Shown here: one piece after another, positions 1 through 12,741 of the stretch
How positions within the stretch are numbered: the stretch's first letter is position 1
Layout: every line of letters starts with the position of its first letter
NCBI GenBank assembly: GCA_965649825.1
Contig: OZ287702.1
Location: 372,001 to 436,000 of the forward strand
Reading direction: 5' to 3'
From: Penicillus capitatus
Taxonomy: Eukaryota; Plantae; Chlorophyta
Length of the DNA: 64,000 nucleotides
Notes under the pieces: generated by a model
Databases searched by the model: none
What the model saw: only the letters and a program-made list of their open reading frames with translations
Told to the model about the DNA's origin: nothing
Translations under genes and position numbers: made by a program

Positions 1-634
1 TGGAAGAGATGAATGTCGTTGCTATGAAAGGAGAGTACCTGGCAGATGTCGCGAAACTCATGCCTGCGCTCAAAGGTGCTCGTTTGAAGGACGCCTCTTG
101 CCAAAAGGATGCCATAATGCGCAGAGATCGATGGATTGGAAGCCGTCGTTTCCACGACCGACACTGCGGAGACCCTGCGTTTGATCCAGGCTGCGCTAGA
201 AACAGACGTTCAGCGTTTTGTCTTCCTAGCGACAGAAGACGCAGCAGCTCAGTCCATCGAAGAAGAACTGAAAGTCAGTCTGTCCTTCTGTGGGTCGTCG
301 GCAGTGATGGACTGAGCGTTGGTTGGTTGGGTGAGGACAGGCGAGAAGCGATCGGTTAGAGTATGTGATCGTCAAAGCCGGATCGCTGATCACAGAACCC
401 GCAACAGACTGTGGGGTCTTTTCAGCAGAGCCAGTATCAGGCATCATGCATCGTGAGGATGTGGCACAGTTGTTGGTAAAAGCACTGTTCAGCGACAAAC
501 CTAAAAACAAAGTGCGTCGACCTCGGTACCTGTCTGTTCACTTGTGCCTTTATCAGGTGCTCTATGCAGCAGACAAGAGTAAAGCGAAGAGCCTAGAAAA
601 CCCAGAAAAGGAACCGCAGCTGTTCGAAGTGTGA
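1..634 (+). CDS. NAD(P)H-binding Rossmann-fold (atypical SDR/epimerase-like) protein, 5' end probably outside window, 3 introns visible
   Basis: Spliced translation IDGLEAVVST..LIQAALETDVQRFVFL..YVIVKAGSLITEPA..GIMHREDVAQLLVKAL..VLYAAD resembles the NAD(P)H-binding family; GT-AG introns join the frames. Confidence 0.7.
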
Positions 635-708
635 CATAAGAGAGCATGGAAGGATATTCGATTACGGGAGCACGTGTGAGCAGAAGGCGCAATTCTGAGA
701 GGTCGTTG

Positions 709-713
709 TTACA
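709..713 (-). promoter_or_regulatory. TGTAA green-algal polyadenylation signal candidate downstream of DIS3L2
   Basis: TTACA on the plus strand about 14 nt past the stop; the same pentamer follows other stops (9299, 31449, 48246). Confidence 0.5.
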
Positions 714-726
714 CCGTAGATCATCT

Positions 727-3700
727 TTATAAATGTGCCAGCACAACATCAACTCTGATGTCCTTAACGACGCCGAGTCGTGGATCACGCTGCGCCCAAA
801 CCTTGACAGGTATCTTGGAGAAACGCGTGAGCTCGAGAGGGAACTGCAGTCCAGCAGTTTTGCTCTGTCTGCTTTCGCCGCTCTTGCACCGACTCTTCTG
901 TTGGATGCACACTGGGAATAGATGACTGCTTTGTGGCTCTCTGACGTGTAACGCAATAGACAGACCACCACCATTAGAATACTGAAACTCGACATGAACA
1001 GGATCCGATTGTCCATGAACGACTGGGCTTCTTGTTTCGGGTGTCTCCAAAATGACAGCGACAGATTGATCCGAAGGGTACTGGAAGACGACACGAACGG
1101 CAAGCCTATGTTGTTTTATTTTTTCGACCAGGTAGGACTTTCTCGCTTTCGATGCATTGCCTGAATTGGCACGGGTGTTCACTCGATTCTTTTCACTGGT
1201 GCCATTTGCGTGGGGGCTTTTGAGACTGAGTGTGAGGACGGAAGTTGCTGAATCAAACTTCGGAATAATATTCTTGGCGATCTGGTCGCACTGAATCCGA
1301 TAGGGCAATGCAAATTGCGGGACATAAATATCAAAGAATTTAGCGCCCTTGACAGAAGCAACGACGCCAACTGTCTCTACGGGTTCCTTTTCTAGCCACG
1401 TCTTCAAGTAGAGATCCGTCGATGCGTCCTGGGCATTCCTGGCATGCAACTTTCCCGTGTTACAAGTCATGGCCAAGACCTGCATCTTGTGTGTTGCCCC
1501 ACGATCCAATTTCTCACGGAATTCTTCTCCACTGGTCAGAGCAGCGTGGAGCAGACGGTGCACGATGATGTCTGGGTATCGACGAATCGGAGAAGTGAAA
1601 TGTGTATAGCGCTGTACGGCCAGAGCATAGTGTGCCCAGTCTGCTCGCTCGGCAGCTCCCGTGCAAAAATACTCTGCCGTTTGCATCGGTCGTGTTGCCA
1701 TGTTCGTGATGGCGTCCGCGACATCTGTATCTTTGCACGCAGCATAGAGCTGGTTGAGGCCTGTCTGTATTGCCCCGGCCGTCGAGAGATCTAATGTCAC
1801 GCGGAGCTCCTTGGCAATGTCCATCAGTTCGCCCATGCGACAGAGCTTGGGAGAAGGGTGGCATCGAAGCAGAGCATGGCTTGGATACATGTCTGAGATG
1901 AGCTTCGCCACAGACATATTGGCAAGCAGCATGAATTCTTCGATGAGATTGTTTGCTTCTTTCAGCACCGTAGGCTCTGCCGTCTCCGGCAATCCTTCAT
2001 CGTTGAGGCCGAAATGAATCTTTGTCCGATTCAGTTTCAAAGCGCCGTCTTCGAATCGCTTTCTCCGGAGATGCTGCGAAATCTCGAAAAGCATCACGAT
2101 GTCTGCTTTCACCTGCGACAGCAGCTTCGTTCATCAGAGTCTCCGTCAAAGATAGACGCTTTACCTTGTCCCACGTGTAACCTCCATGAATTTGTAGGTT
2201 TTCTGGCTGTACAGCCGATGGATCGTCGATTGCTGATTGTGCATGATGGTAGCCCATCTTCGTTGCCGAATGGATGATGCTCTTCTGTACATGCTGTTTT
2301 AAGATCTCGCCTTCTCCATTCATTTCCCACACAACGGAAAACGTCAGACGATCCTTTCCCGGATTCAAGCTGCACAGATTCGCCGATAGACGTTCTGGCA
2401 ACATCGGAATGACACGTTGGATGAGGTAGACACTCGTCGTGCGCTTCTGCGCAACGTGATCCAATGCGGTGCCCGGTTTGACAAAGTGGGACACATCTGC
2501 AATGTGCACCCCGACCTTGAATCGATCGTCGCCGAGTTTCTCGATCGATAGGGCATCATCCAGATCACGTGCCGTTGGCGGATCGATCGAGAAGACACAC
2601 GCATCCCTGCCATCGGACATTGCTTTCGCATCTGTGTTGCATGAATGACAGGCGCCACCTGAGATCCATTCGACTATTGAGATCGTCTTCCGAAGGTGTC
2701 CAGTCTTCCGCCGGCAGACAATCGAGCACATCCTGCTTGAACTCACTGGCGTCTATTCGCCACGAGCTCAGAATACCGAGGGTCTGTTTTTCAATAGCAT
2801 CTGTCCGTCCAATCACCTCTGTGATCTGCACGAACACACATCGCGGTGTCATGAGATGAATGATGCCAGGATCGTTTCTTACTGTGACGGTTGGGAGTTC
2901 TTCGTGCACTTCCCATCTTAAGAAACTCGCGTTGACCAACGTTCGATACGGACTCTCTTCGGACGAAGCTTCAGCCAACAGTCCCTCGCAATTCGTTCGC
3001 ACACTCTCAGACGAAACAATGAAGCGTTTTGGCATTGCTGCATCCAGAGGGAAAAGATAGACGAGCTGCGGAATTTTGGGGTCGCATCGCAGCACGCCGA
3101 CCAAAGCTTCCCGTGCCAAAGACGGTTTCGTAATATGTACGATCTCAGCTGTGGGTCGCAGTTCTGGAAAGTATAGCATCACCTCTTTGATCAATGCCTT
3201 TGCCTCTTCGGGCGTCTCGGCGAAATCCCAGACCACGGGCAGCTGCAAGCGTTCCATCTGTCCCTTCTTTCGCAGCTGCAGCGCAATGTGAATCTCTTTG
3301 CGCAGAATGCCCATACGGCGTCCCATATTGTCCAGAAACCCCATATCACCTTGCGTCGGAAACGGCACCCCCTGGACATCATTGCGTGGCGGAATGGACT
3401 TCTCTGTCCACCAGAAAGGCGTCGGCAGAATGCGATAGATCACTTCGTCGCCTCCAAAGGCACGGTTCTGGAAATTTCCCGGACGAATCATGATATCCGA
3501 GGAGAAACCGGGCAGACTGATGTATCCTTCGCAGCTGCCTTTGGCATTGATGCGCAGTGTCCCAGAAAAACACTGACCCAATTGGAGTTTCATCGTGGCG
3601 GTGTCTTCTGTCCAGTACGGAGCAAATCTCGGCCGTACGCCGTTCGCGCTTCCTGTTTCATCACTGCGACGTGCAGCACTGTCCTTTGCGCCGTTCTTTC

Positions 3701-3746
3701 TTTCGCGTCCCTTTGGACCTCCGCGAGAACGACTCCCCTCACTCAT
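727..3746 (-). CDS. DIS3L2: DIS3-like exonuclease 2 (RNB/RNase II family), spliced
   Basis: CSD region QNRAFGGDEV, catalytic SIDPPTARDLDDALS, EEFMLLANMSVA, HYALAVQRYTHFTSPIRRYPDIIVHRLL; no PIN domain; GT-AG introns join ORFs 2565..4016, 1997..2746 and 727..2112. Confidence 0.92.
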
Positions 3747-3928
3747 TGTCGTCGGCCTTTGAGTGACAGCAGGGTTTATATGTTCGTTCGTTGCGTCCGG
3801 CTGCGTCGTTCGTTTCCGTCGACGCCGCGTTCGTCGGCCATCAAGGCGTTCATTTGGCGTCGGCGCCATCATTCTGTCGTCGAAATGCAAATGCTCGAGG
3901 TGATGGGACAGCTCGGCGAAGGTGCAAG

Positions 3929-4520
3929 ATGCCCATGTTCTTGTTGTGCCTAAAATGCAAGCTCGAGAATGTCGAAAAGGTCGAAGTGCCGGAAGACTAT
4001 CCATTTGACGTGACACTCAAGAGCTGCGAATCCGACGACACACGCGACGTGATCATCGTCGCAGAGGAGATGATTCCACTCAGCACAGGACGCGGGTCGG
4101 CACATTTTGTGATGAAATGGGACAAAGGAAGCAAGGTGCGTCCAGAACGCAGAGGGCTCCTGTCATCGTCTCCCGTGTCTAGTCCGAAGCCACTGTGAAC
4201 ATTATTCAAGTGAAAGGAGTGACCCGTCCCATCGAAAGCGAAGATTCCGAGGCGTTCGTGCCGATCATTGGATTCGAATGTCGCGGTGTGGAGCCCGTCG
4301 CCTTTCGCCCGGGGAGGGGCCTGACGGTCGTGAGTCGTGGCGGAAAAGTGTGATCGATTCAGGACAGATGTCGAAGATCGTGGCGGTGATGATGTGACGT
4401 ATGTAGGTGATGGAGGACGTTGATTTGACAGATCTCGATTGGTGTGATTTTGATGAAGGAGCTGGTGAGTCCGTCGGAATCTATGAAGTCGAAGCACACT
4501 TCGAAGTCCACAGAAAGTAG
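3929..4520 (+). CDS. DUF866 / CZIB (C1orf123-like) protein, 2 introns
   Basis: MPMFLLCLKCKLENV..GRGSAHFVMKW..IIGFECRGVEPVAF..DWCDFDEGAGESVGIY matches DUF866. Confidence 0.88.
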
Positions 4521-4891
4521 CCATGGGTCACTCGTTCTTTCATCTGGGGAGGCACATGCTGTGTATTATATCGTACAAGAACCCTTTCGAACAATATGAG
4601 TGACCTGTCCCATCATCATTCTAAAGTATAGAGGCGAAAGGCGTCAGGAGTTGGTGTAAAGTGTGACATCGACGTCTGCTGACGTTAACTACGATGCGTA
4701 CACACCAGACGTCCGAAGATCGCTCCTCGTTACCGTATGTCGCGTCGTTGCTTTGTCGCGCACAGGTGGAGGCGTCCGTCAAGCGACACGATTCAAAGAG
4801 TCGCGTCTCCAACAAGCACGGCGTTCGCAATCGACGCCACGTTTTTGGAATCAAACCACAGACAAATAAAACAGAGTAAATACAGGCAAGT

Positions 4892-7800
4892 CTACTCCAG
4901 AACACGAAGAGAGCCCAGCTTTTCGTGGGGGTCACCTCCGAGATCACTGCAGTAGTGGCACAGTTGTTGGAGTTGCTGCTGAGAGAACAGCAAAGAGTTC
5001 ACTACGTTTTCCAGATCTCCATCCTTGGCCGTCAGCTTCTCAATAAGATCCGTTTCCCGTTCGTGACCCTCTTGTATCCGTTTTCGCACGTCGATCAGTT
5101 CGTTGTCTTTCTCACTCAAAACGCATGTCAGCTTGGAAATGAGCTGCTCCTTTTTGGGAAGCGATTCGAGCAGAGCTGAGAGGCGTTGCACCTCGGCAAC
5201 CTTGTCTTGAATCTCGTGCTTCAGTCTCTGAATCTCCCGATCCCTCTTTTCTAGTTCACCCTCCAGATCGCCCTCTCTTTCTTCCAATGTCGCAGGAGAA
5301 TGCAAGAGCGCTTCATACGCCGTGGCCTTTTGCTGCCACTCTTTCTGCAGAGAAGCGATACGGGCGTCGCTCGACTGCAATGCCTCTTTTAGCTGGGCGA
5401 TCTCGAGATCCCGTTCGGCAACCTGATCCATCCATTCTTCGAGGGTACCCATTTCGTTGCCCGTCTCTAAGGAATCGTTTCCTTGGTTAAGAGCAACGAG
5501 TCGTGCGATTTCTGTTTCTTTCTCTTTCAGAGTATTCTCTCGTTGAACGAGGTGCTCTTTCAGTTCCGCGATCTCCTGTCTCAATTGCGTCTGGATCTCG
5601 CTCCATTCGTGGAGATCTGGAGATGCTGGACTGGCAGGGGCTGCTTTTTCTTCTGCAGCTGCTTTCAGCAATGCAATCTCTTTCTTCAGATTCTCCATTT
5701 GCAAAGAAACGTCTTCCGGGATCACGTCTCGTTCCTTTTCTTTCTCGAACTCTGCAGACAGATGCGCAAGTTCGCTGTCTCTGCTGCTCAAGTCGTCATA
5801 AAGCGCTTTAATTTTGACCTCCTTTTCTTTCAAGTTTTCTTCGAGGGCAGACACTTGTTTCTTATTAGTTTCGATTTCGGATTCCAGTTGCTCTAGCTTC
5901 ACGGTAGCTTCCAACGCTTTCTCCTCTTCTTCCTTCGCTGACTGAGCCATAGACTGATAACTGTTTTGCAGATTTACATTCTCTTGCTGTGCCTGAGCGA
6001 ATTTTTTGTTCCACTCAATCTCGTTGACCCGTAGTTGGTTCTTGACATCTTGCATCTCGCGTTCCTTCCTTTCCAATTCCCGTTTCAGCGATTCCGACTG
6101 GATCTCTCCCATGTTTGCGCCTTTCTGCAATGGGTGTCCACTCAATTCCACGGCCTTCATTAGCTGCCGAACCTGCCACAAGACACGGCCTTCTGTGAAT
6201 GGCGATTCTGAGAACAGACGTCGTGACCTGGCTTTGAAACGGTGCGATAATTCCTGAGCAATGGACGTCATTGTTTTGGCAGATCTCCGTCAACAGTCCA
6301 TTCACTTTTTGCAGAAAATGCAGCATGCCTTTTTTGTCAAAAATTGCAAAAGGCAGTCGTCCATCGTCCGTTTCGGCATCACTTGACGGTCCCTCCTCCC
6401 ACGGATCTGGACGGGAAAACAAAAACTCATCCTCCCACGAAGACAGTTTCGTGGTAGTGGCTCCCTTTGCAGTCGAAACTGGGCAAGAGCTCAGATCCTC
6501 TGCAGATACGTCAGAAGAGAGGTAAAATTAGGAAAGAAAGAGAACGCATGCGTCGACTCACCCTTGGGGGACGACGACACCTCAGCCAGCGTTTCGACAG
6601 CTGCTGTATCAGGAGGCATCGATACTGCAGCTGGCTGCTCTGCAGCACACTCTTCTTCATCATCAGGCATCTTCCAGATAGCTTCATCATCTTTCGACAG
6701 GAATTCTTCGACAATGGCATCCTCTACATGGGACGTCTCCTTGACGAGCGGCTCTGCGACAAGACAGATGACGAGAGCGTTCGGAATGCGGCGGCGATGG
6801 GTACCTTTGGTAGTATCTTGCGCTTCTGATGGAAGAACAGGTCCTTGGTCTTCCATCGACGCACCAGGATAGATATCTTCGACAACGGTCGTTTCTTCGA
6901 TCTCTTTTGCAGAATGGACGTTTTCGTGGACGACGGCGAGATCATTCTCTGCTCCTTCATTGAAGAACTCTGCAGCTGCTACGTCTACAATCGATCGCGT
7001 GTCATTACTGTGGATGTTGATGCGATGGTGCTGTGCCGACCTTCATCAGTCTTTGGTTGGATGTCTTCGTTGTTGGTCGAAGCCGGAATATTCGTTTGTT
7101 GATGAGTAGGATGAATGATCTCATACCCACCATCGTAATACCAATTCCAGAATTCCTCCCAAAACTTTTCGGATTTGTGCCACGTGCGCCACGTGTCTTG
7201 GTAGTTGTGACACATCCAGACGGTTATAGCTCGACAGACTTCTAGCTCCTCCCAGCCAGCTCTCGTTAACCAAGCAATATCATAAGGATCATCAGAGTCG
7301 CGCACAGCCCCTAGAAACCGCCAGACAAGAAATGCCGAAAGAGCGTTTGGCTAGCTATACCTGGATACTCAGCCTCCGCGTACACTTGATCTTGAGTAAC
7401 GTGGGAATCCCCTGGTATCGTCTGCGTCTCCATACGGTCTGACTGGCCATTGCCTGCCATTTCTGTGGGAACATCCGACAATGACCAGCCATCATTGGCC
7501 GCTGCTTCACTCGCAGCGGCTGGATAGGACAATTCTTCAGCTGCTGGCTGTGTCCATTGTGTAACGGCTGCTTGTCCAGAGAACGGATCCGGCGCCACCG
7601 TTTGAAACGGCTGATCGAAGACATGTCGCGTCTCTGGCTGTCGTTCAGGTTCGACAGGAAACAGCTCCGCCGTTTGACTCTCCGTGCCCAGATCTGCAGC
7701 CTGAGGCGCAGCGAATGGATCCGCAGGTGACAGAGGGCCAAAGATCTCGTCGATAGCGTCTTGTGGCTTCACCGTCTCGTCGTTCAGTTGGAATTGCTGT

Positions 7801-8462
7801 TGTTGATGATCTGACGCGTATCCTCCATTCTCTGTCAACCAACTATCATCGAGCTTCGCGCCTCCGGTCTTAGGCGAATGATACAGCACTCCATTTTCCT
7901 TTGCTTCCGTGACAGGGGCGGTTTTTGGGGCAGATGTATTCTTCCGAGCTTCTCTCCGATCGATCTTTTCTTTAAACTTCTGCAGTTCGGCAGCGGCATA
8001 CTCCTCTTGCGTCCCTGGAAATCCCTCAGGCTTCGCAAATGTCGGAATACAGTATCCTTTATACCGCTCGACGCCTTGCGGGGACCTTGGCTCGCTCGTT
8101 TCCGTCTCGGATATGAGCGGCACTGGCGGCGGGGTCGGAACGAAGAACCCGCCCGTTGCTGGTGCCGTCGCCGCGAACGTCGGCGGCGTCACGAAGGTCT
8201 TTTTCTCCTCGCTCCCTGGCGAAGTCCTTTTTCCAAAGTCTCCAGCAGCAACGTAGCGCGAAGATGGGTCTCCCTCGTCGACGCGTTTCGGCGTCGAGGT
8301 CGGTGCGGATGCAGCGAACGGTGGTGGCGGCACTGCATCGTCGACCACTTCATGTTCCTTGCCCCGCTCCACCCAACGCCCTAGTTCTTTATTGAAATAC
8401 ATCTGATTCTCTTGACCCATATGCGCCTGGCGCCCTTTGTTTCCCTTAAAGAGACGAAGCAT
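4892..8462 (-). CDS. Long coiled-coil protein with N-terminal Sec16-C-terminus-like motif, Pro-rich linker and Trp-rich segment; at least 4 introns
   Basis: ORFs 7311..8462, 6985..7305, 6491..6856, 6015..6422 and 4892..6271 are joined by GT-AG introns of about 50-56 nt; MGQENQMYFNKELGRWVERG; heptad-rich C-terminal 400 aa. Confidence 0.7.
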
Positions 8463-8648
8463 CGTGTGCCGTGCTATTTAGAGATGGCGTTTGACTCAAG
8501 CGGTCTGAACAGCTGTCTCTGGTGACAATGTGTTGAGGCGATAGGACGGATGTCGCATCCAAGTCATCTTGGAATTCTCGCGAATCCGAACTGTATCTTC
8601 GAGTCATCATTGTATCCTCTCCGTGTTATTGTCGACGTGATTTCTGAA

Positions 8649-9257
8649 ATGCCGGGCGACAAACTGCTGGAGCAAATTTTCAATTTGAAGTTTACGAGTA
8701 AACAGCTTTCGAAACAGTCCAAGAAATGTGAGAAAGATGAGAAGGCCGCACGCTTGAGCGTGAAGAAGGCGATTGAGAAAGGTAATATGGACGGGGCGCG
8801 TATCTACGCCCAAAATGCGATTCGGAAGAAGAACGAGCAACTGAACTATCTTCGTCTGGCCTCGCGCCTCGACGCTGTCGTCAGTCGTCTCGACACCCAA
8901 GCCAAAATGCAGGCCGTGACCAAAAGCATGGCTGGAATTGTAAAGGCACTGGATAAAGCGGTGTCGACAAACAACTTGGACAAAGTGGCAACGACCATGG
9001 ATCAGTTTGAACGACAATTTGAGAATCTGGATGTCCAATCGGAATTTGTGGAGCAGGCGATGAGCAACCAGATGAATCTCTCAACCCCCGAGGCAGATGT
9101 CAATAATCTACTACAACAAGTGGCAGATGAACATGGACTGGATGTCTCGGCGGAATTGCCAGGAGCGTCGACAGCGACACCGGCCATGGCAAGTCAGGCC
9201 AAAGAGTCAGAAGAAGGAGATTTGACACGCCGTTTAGCTGAACTGCGGGGTCGCTAG
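8649..9257 (+). CDS. CHMP1: ESCRT-III subunit CHMP1/Did2/VPS46, intronless
   Basis: [68 protein letters not shown] (MIM). Confidence 0.96.
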   Translation: MPGDKLLEQIFNLKFTSKQLSKQSKKCEKDEKAARLSVKKAIEKGNMDGARIYAQNAIRKKNEQLNYLRLASRLDAVVSRLDTQAKMQAVTKSMAGIVKALDKAVSTNNLDKVATTMDQFERQFENLDVQSEFVEQAMSNQMNLSTPEADVNNLLQQVADEHGLDVSAELPGASTATPAMASQAKESEEGDLTRRLAELRGR

Positions 9258-9298
9258 GAACTTGCCCGGGGTGCATGGACTAATATGATGTGACGTGT

Positions 9299-9303
9299 TG
9301 TAA
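9299..9303 (+). promoter_or_regulatory. TGTAA polyadenylation signal candidate for CHMP1
   Basis: TGTAA about 40 nt after the stop; established chlorophyte poly(A) signal. Confidence 0.5.
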
Positions 9304-9470
9304 GAACATGATAACACGGATCGTCGAGAATTCGGGGAGGAGTGGTCTTCTTGTTTGGTTCGTTCGGGTCGTCCTTTGAGTCGTCGTTTCGTGGATACCA
9401 GTGGTTTTCCATTGCCTTTTGAATAGAGTAAGGCATTCAGCTTCGAGGCAGATAACGACTTCGAGTCAGA

Positions 9471-10543
9471 ATGGACGAGCAAGAGGAACTTGCCTTGGAG
9501 CTGAACTGGGAAGGGTCGGACGGCGACGAAGACGACGCCATGACAGAAGACACCGAGGACGATATAGACTTTGTCGGCGTCGTCTCACCGAGTGAACCGG
9601 GAAACACGCCGCGTCAGCGTCCAAACGTGCCGCAGTTGCCAATATCGTGCCTGCGTCGAGGAGGACCTCCGATTCCACGAAGCTGGCCTTCTGCTGGATT
9701 GGAGAGCAGCGAAACTCGGGGCTTACCTCGCATTGACCTCCTTTCCGAGGCATTCTGCTTTAACCGAGAAGACCTGCAACCAAGGATGACCGAAAGAGGC
9801 GTTGAGATGCCAGAGGTTGTCGGCGCAGCCTTTGAGAGGGCGTTAGGCGTGCCGAGTCAACAACTCAAATTCTATTGCGTTACTGAGATCGCGCCGTCGG
9901 CGCATATGATGAATGCGCATAGCCACATCGCAGTGGCCATCCAATCTTCAGGCACGCACTCTCGCCTCGGCGCCATCGAGGCAGCTGTAATGATGGTGTA
10001 ACGCACAGATTTTTCATTGAATGCTTTGGAAGATTTGATACGGGATCGCAAGAAGCGAGAAGCAGATTGTGACAGCTGTAAGACTGCCTCGTCGATCCAA
10101 ATATCCCAAGGCAATGACAAACGCGCCCTCTCTGTGTTTGTGTGTGCAGATCGAAACAAACTCTTGGAGTCCCAAGAAAGAGTACGAGTACTGGAAAATC
10201 AAGTGAATGATCTGAATAGCAGACTTGCAACAATGGTCCGTTCTGTCTCTCTGAATGACGGGTTTGGTGTAACCAGACGGATTGGTTGGGTGGTGTCTAG
10301 GAGAGAGAGAAGAGACGTTTGGAAAACGGTTTGAGGAGGCAAACTTACACATCTCAGAGATCGCCACGTTCAAGTCAGCTGCCATCTGTGGTACCTTCCC
10401 CGCGGTTGATTGCCACAGGCGGTGCTTCACAAACGCGCTTGCATTCGAGTCTCTTGAATCTGCAACGTGTTGTGTCTGAGAACACACAGAATACACAAGC
10501 CCTTGCTGAACTCGTCCAAGTCATTAACCCAAGTTTGCGATGA
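9471..10543 (+). CDS. Hypothetical spliced protein, acidic N-terminus and C-terminal coiled coil
   Basis: ORFs 9471..10001, 10017..10334 and 10319..10543 are co-oriented, separated by intron-sized gaps, with coiled-coil composition. Confidence 0.5.
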
Positions 10544-11868
10544 CTGATGCATGTGAAAAGCGAGCGAGCCCCTCAACCGTCGTAGTAAGGTTTTCTTGAC
10601 TCGCAGCAAGAAGAGTGCCTGCCGTCTGGACTCACACTCCGTCTTGTTGTCTCCTGCCATGTGATCTGACGTGCATTATAGAGATTAGTCGTTTTCCTCC
10701 TCTGGGCATTTCTTCATTGTTTGTTATCTATCACACGTAACAGGCTGTACTATTTTGATAAAATCTTTTAGCACCGACGATCGATGAGGCATAAGATTTA
10801 CGCCCCTGAGCATCTCCTTTGGAGTCCTCGTAAATGTTACAATGGAGTTTTTCTAAATGGAGAATTAAGCATGTGTTTAACCACGATTTCTTTGATGGGA
10901 CTGGCCCTGTTGCTCACGCTCTGTTAAAGTTGGTTGATTGGTTTGGCTTCAGTCGTTTGTTATCTAACAAGAGTGCTCTTTCAATGAGATCAATATCCAC
11001 CATCACTGAATTTCCTCTTTATGTTGTTTTACGTGTTTTGCTGATAAGCCCGAATTAATACCAAGAAAACAGATCCCATCTGAAAACTGTAACGTCGCTC
11101 TGGGTATTTTTCTCAAGCTTCCAGTAAGAGGTAGGAATGATGACCTTGCTCTGATTCTCTTGTCAAGCAAACGGTCGATCGATGATTGCTGTCGGGAATC
11201 CTCTGTAGACTGGACGCCTTTAGAGTGGGCTAACACAGCCTCTAATTCATATCTCCGTTTCACCTTTGTGGCCTTCTGCGGCAAAACGGGTCACGATGTG
11301 AAGGGGCATGTAGCTTAGCTTTTCGTCTCTTGGCTGATTCTGTGATCTTTCAACAGCCACAAAGAACAAGACACGTCCGTCCCATCGCACACAGGGGCGA
11401 CCGTCTATCTGGCCTATCTGATGAAGTCCAAGATTTCGAGATTGTGTAACATAGCCAACGCCGAGATCTCGATCATGTGGCGGCGGGTAATGAACACATA
11501 AGACAATCTTCCATTCTTGTGTCATTCGACGAATAGGTCTCCCATTTTGGAAAGACAATTATTATCCAAGGAAAACAGAGCGCTTTCTTTACGGTGTGTG
11601 ATATCTTATGTGACACAAATCATTGAGTTCCATTCCTTAGACGCAAGGGGCCTATGTTGCCTGATACAATAAGAACATACCTGCCCGTCAGCTGTTCCGT
11701 ACAGAATACACAGATCGCTTCGTGCACTTCTCCCATTCAATTTCCAGTCCCAGACGTTTAAAAGTTATGATCTTTAATGTTGTCCATTATATGATTTTCA
11801 GAACACACGCACGCAGACACACACGGACGCACGTGGAGACAGTTGGGACATTTCTCTGTCCGATCATC

Positions 11869-12638
11869 ATGACGTCGGCAGCGTTGTCGACGTTTGAAGG
11901 AATGCGCCGCCTGCCGGGCTCAAAGGACGTCGATCATCTCGGTATCGGTCGTCTCTCTCTGTCTCGTATCTCAGATCGTCCGTTGCCGCCAAAACACTCA
12001 AAATTGGACGTTAGGGTCTCAGGCATTCTGTGTCGAGGCAACGAATGCAGAGAAAGACACATTTCGCTCGCGGCGCATCAAGCGACACGAACGCATTCGC
12101 AAGAAGGCATCTATCTACTCTGATCTGCTCTGCGTTCTCTTATGTACTGAATGACACTCTTAGTTGAGTGGGACACCTGAGAGACCACGTCTCGCCGTTT
12201 ACCGATCGAATCTGCACATGTATGCTCAGGTAGGTCGTCACGTCATATTCTGTGGAAGAATCGATGATGACGAAACCGTGTGTCGATAGATCATCGATGA
12301 TACGAAGAGTCATACGCTATGTTCAGCATCGACGCTTGTCAAGGACGTCATTGAAGAAACAGGAGGTGCTGGCGCCAACAAAGTAACGCATTTCTGTGCG
12401 ATTCGATGCGTGTGTACATAACATATGTCTTTCGGCAGAAGGCAGCATTTATTGTGGGCAAACACGTGGCCCAGCGGGCATTAGAGAAAGGCATCACGAA
12501 AGTGTGCTTTGATCGAGGTGGATTTATGTACCATGGACGCGTAAAGGTGAAGAGGAACATCGGTATCTCACTCTCAGTTAATGCTATTCTCTACAGGCAG
12601 TTGCAGATGGTGCGCGCAATGCAGGACTCGAATTCTGA
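11869..12638 (+). CDS. RPL18: Plastid ribosomal protein uL18 (nucleus-encoded, transit peptide), 4 introns including one GC-AG
   Basis: RHERIRKK|[22 protein letters not shown]|[34 protein letters not shown]|[13 protein letters not shown]. Confidence 0.93.
12107..12163 (+). other. GC-AG intron (57 nt) in RPL18
   Basis: AAG|GCATCT...CTTAG|TTG; contains an in-frame TGA; removal restores conserved RKKLSGT. Confidence 0.85.
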
Positions 12639-12741
12639 CATGACGTTGAATATCATCAAACAGAGCCGTTGAAATGACAGCGATATCTTGATCTTAGTGA
12701 GTGCGTTCTGTTTTTGCGGACCCCGTACTTCTGCACGGTTT

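Noticed and set aside
3747-4016. N-terminal extension of DIS3L2 in ORF 2565..4016
   Set aside because: Non-ATG start and it overlaps the antisense CZIB exon; the ATG at 3746 fits
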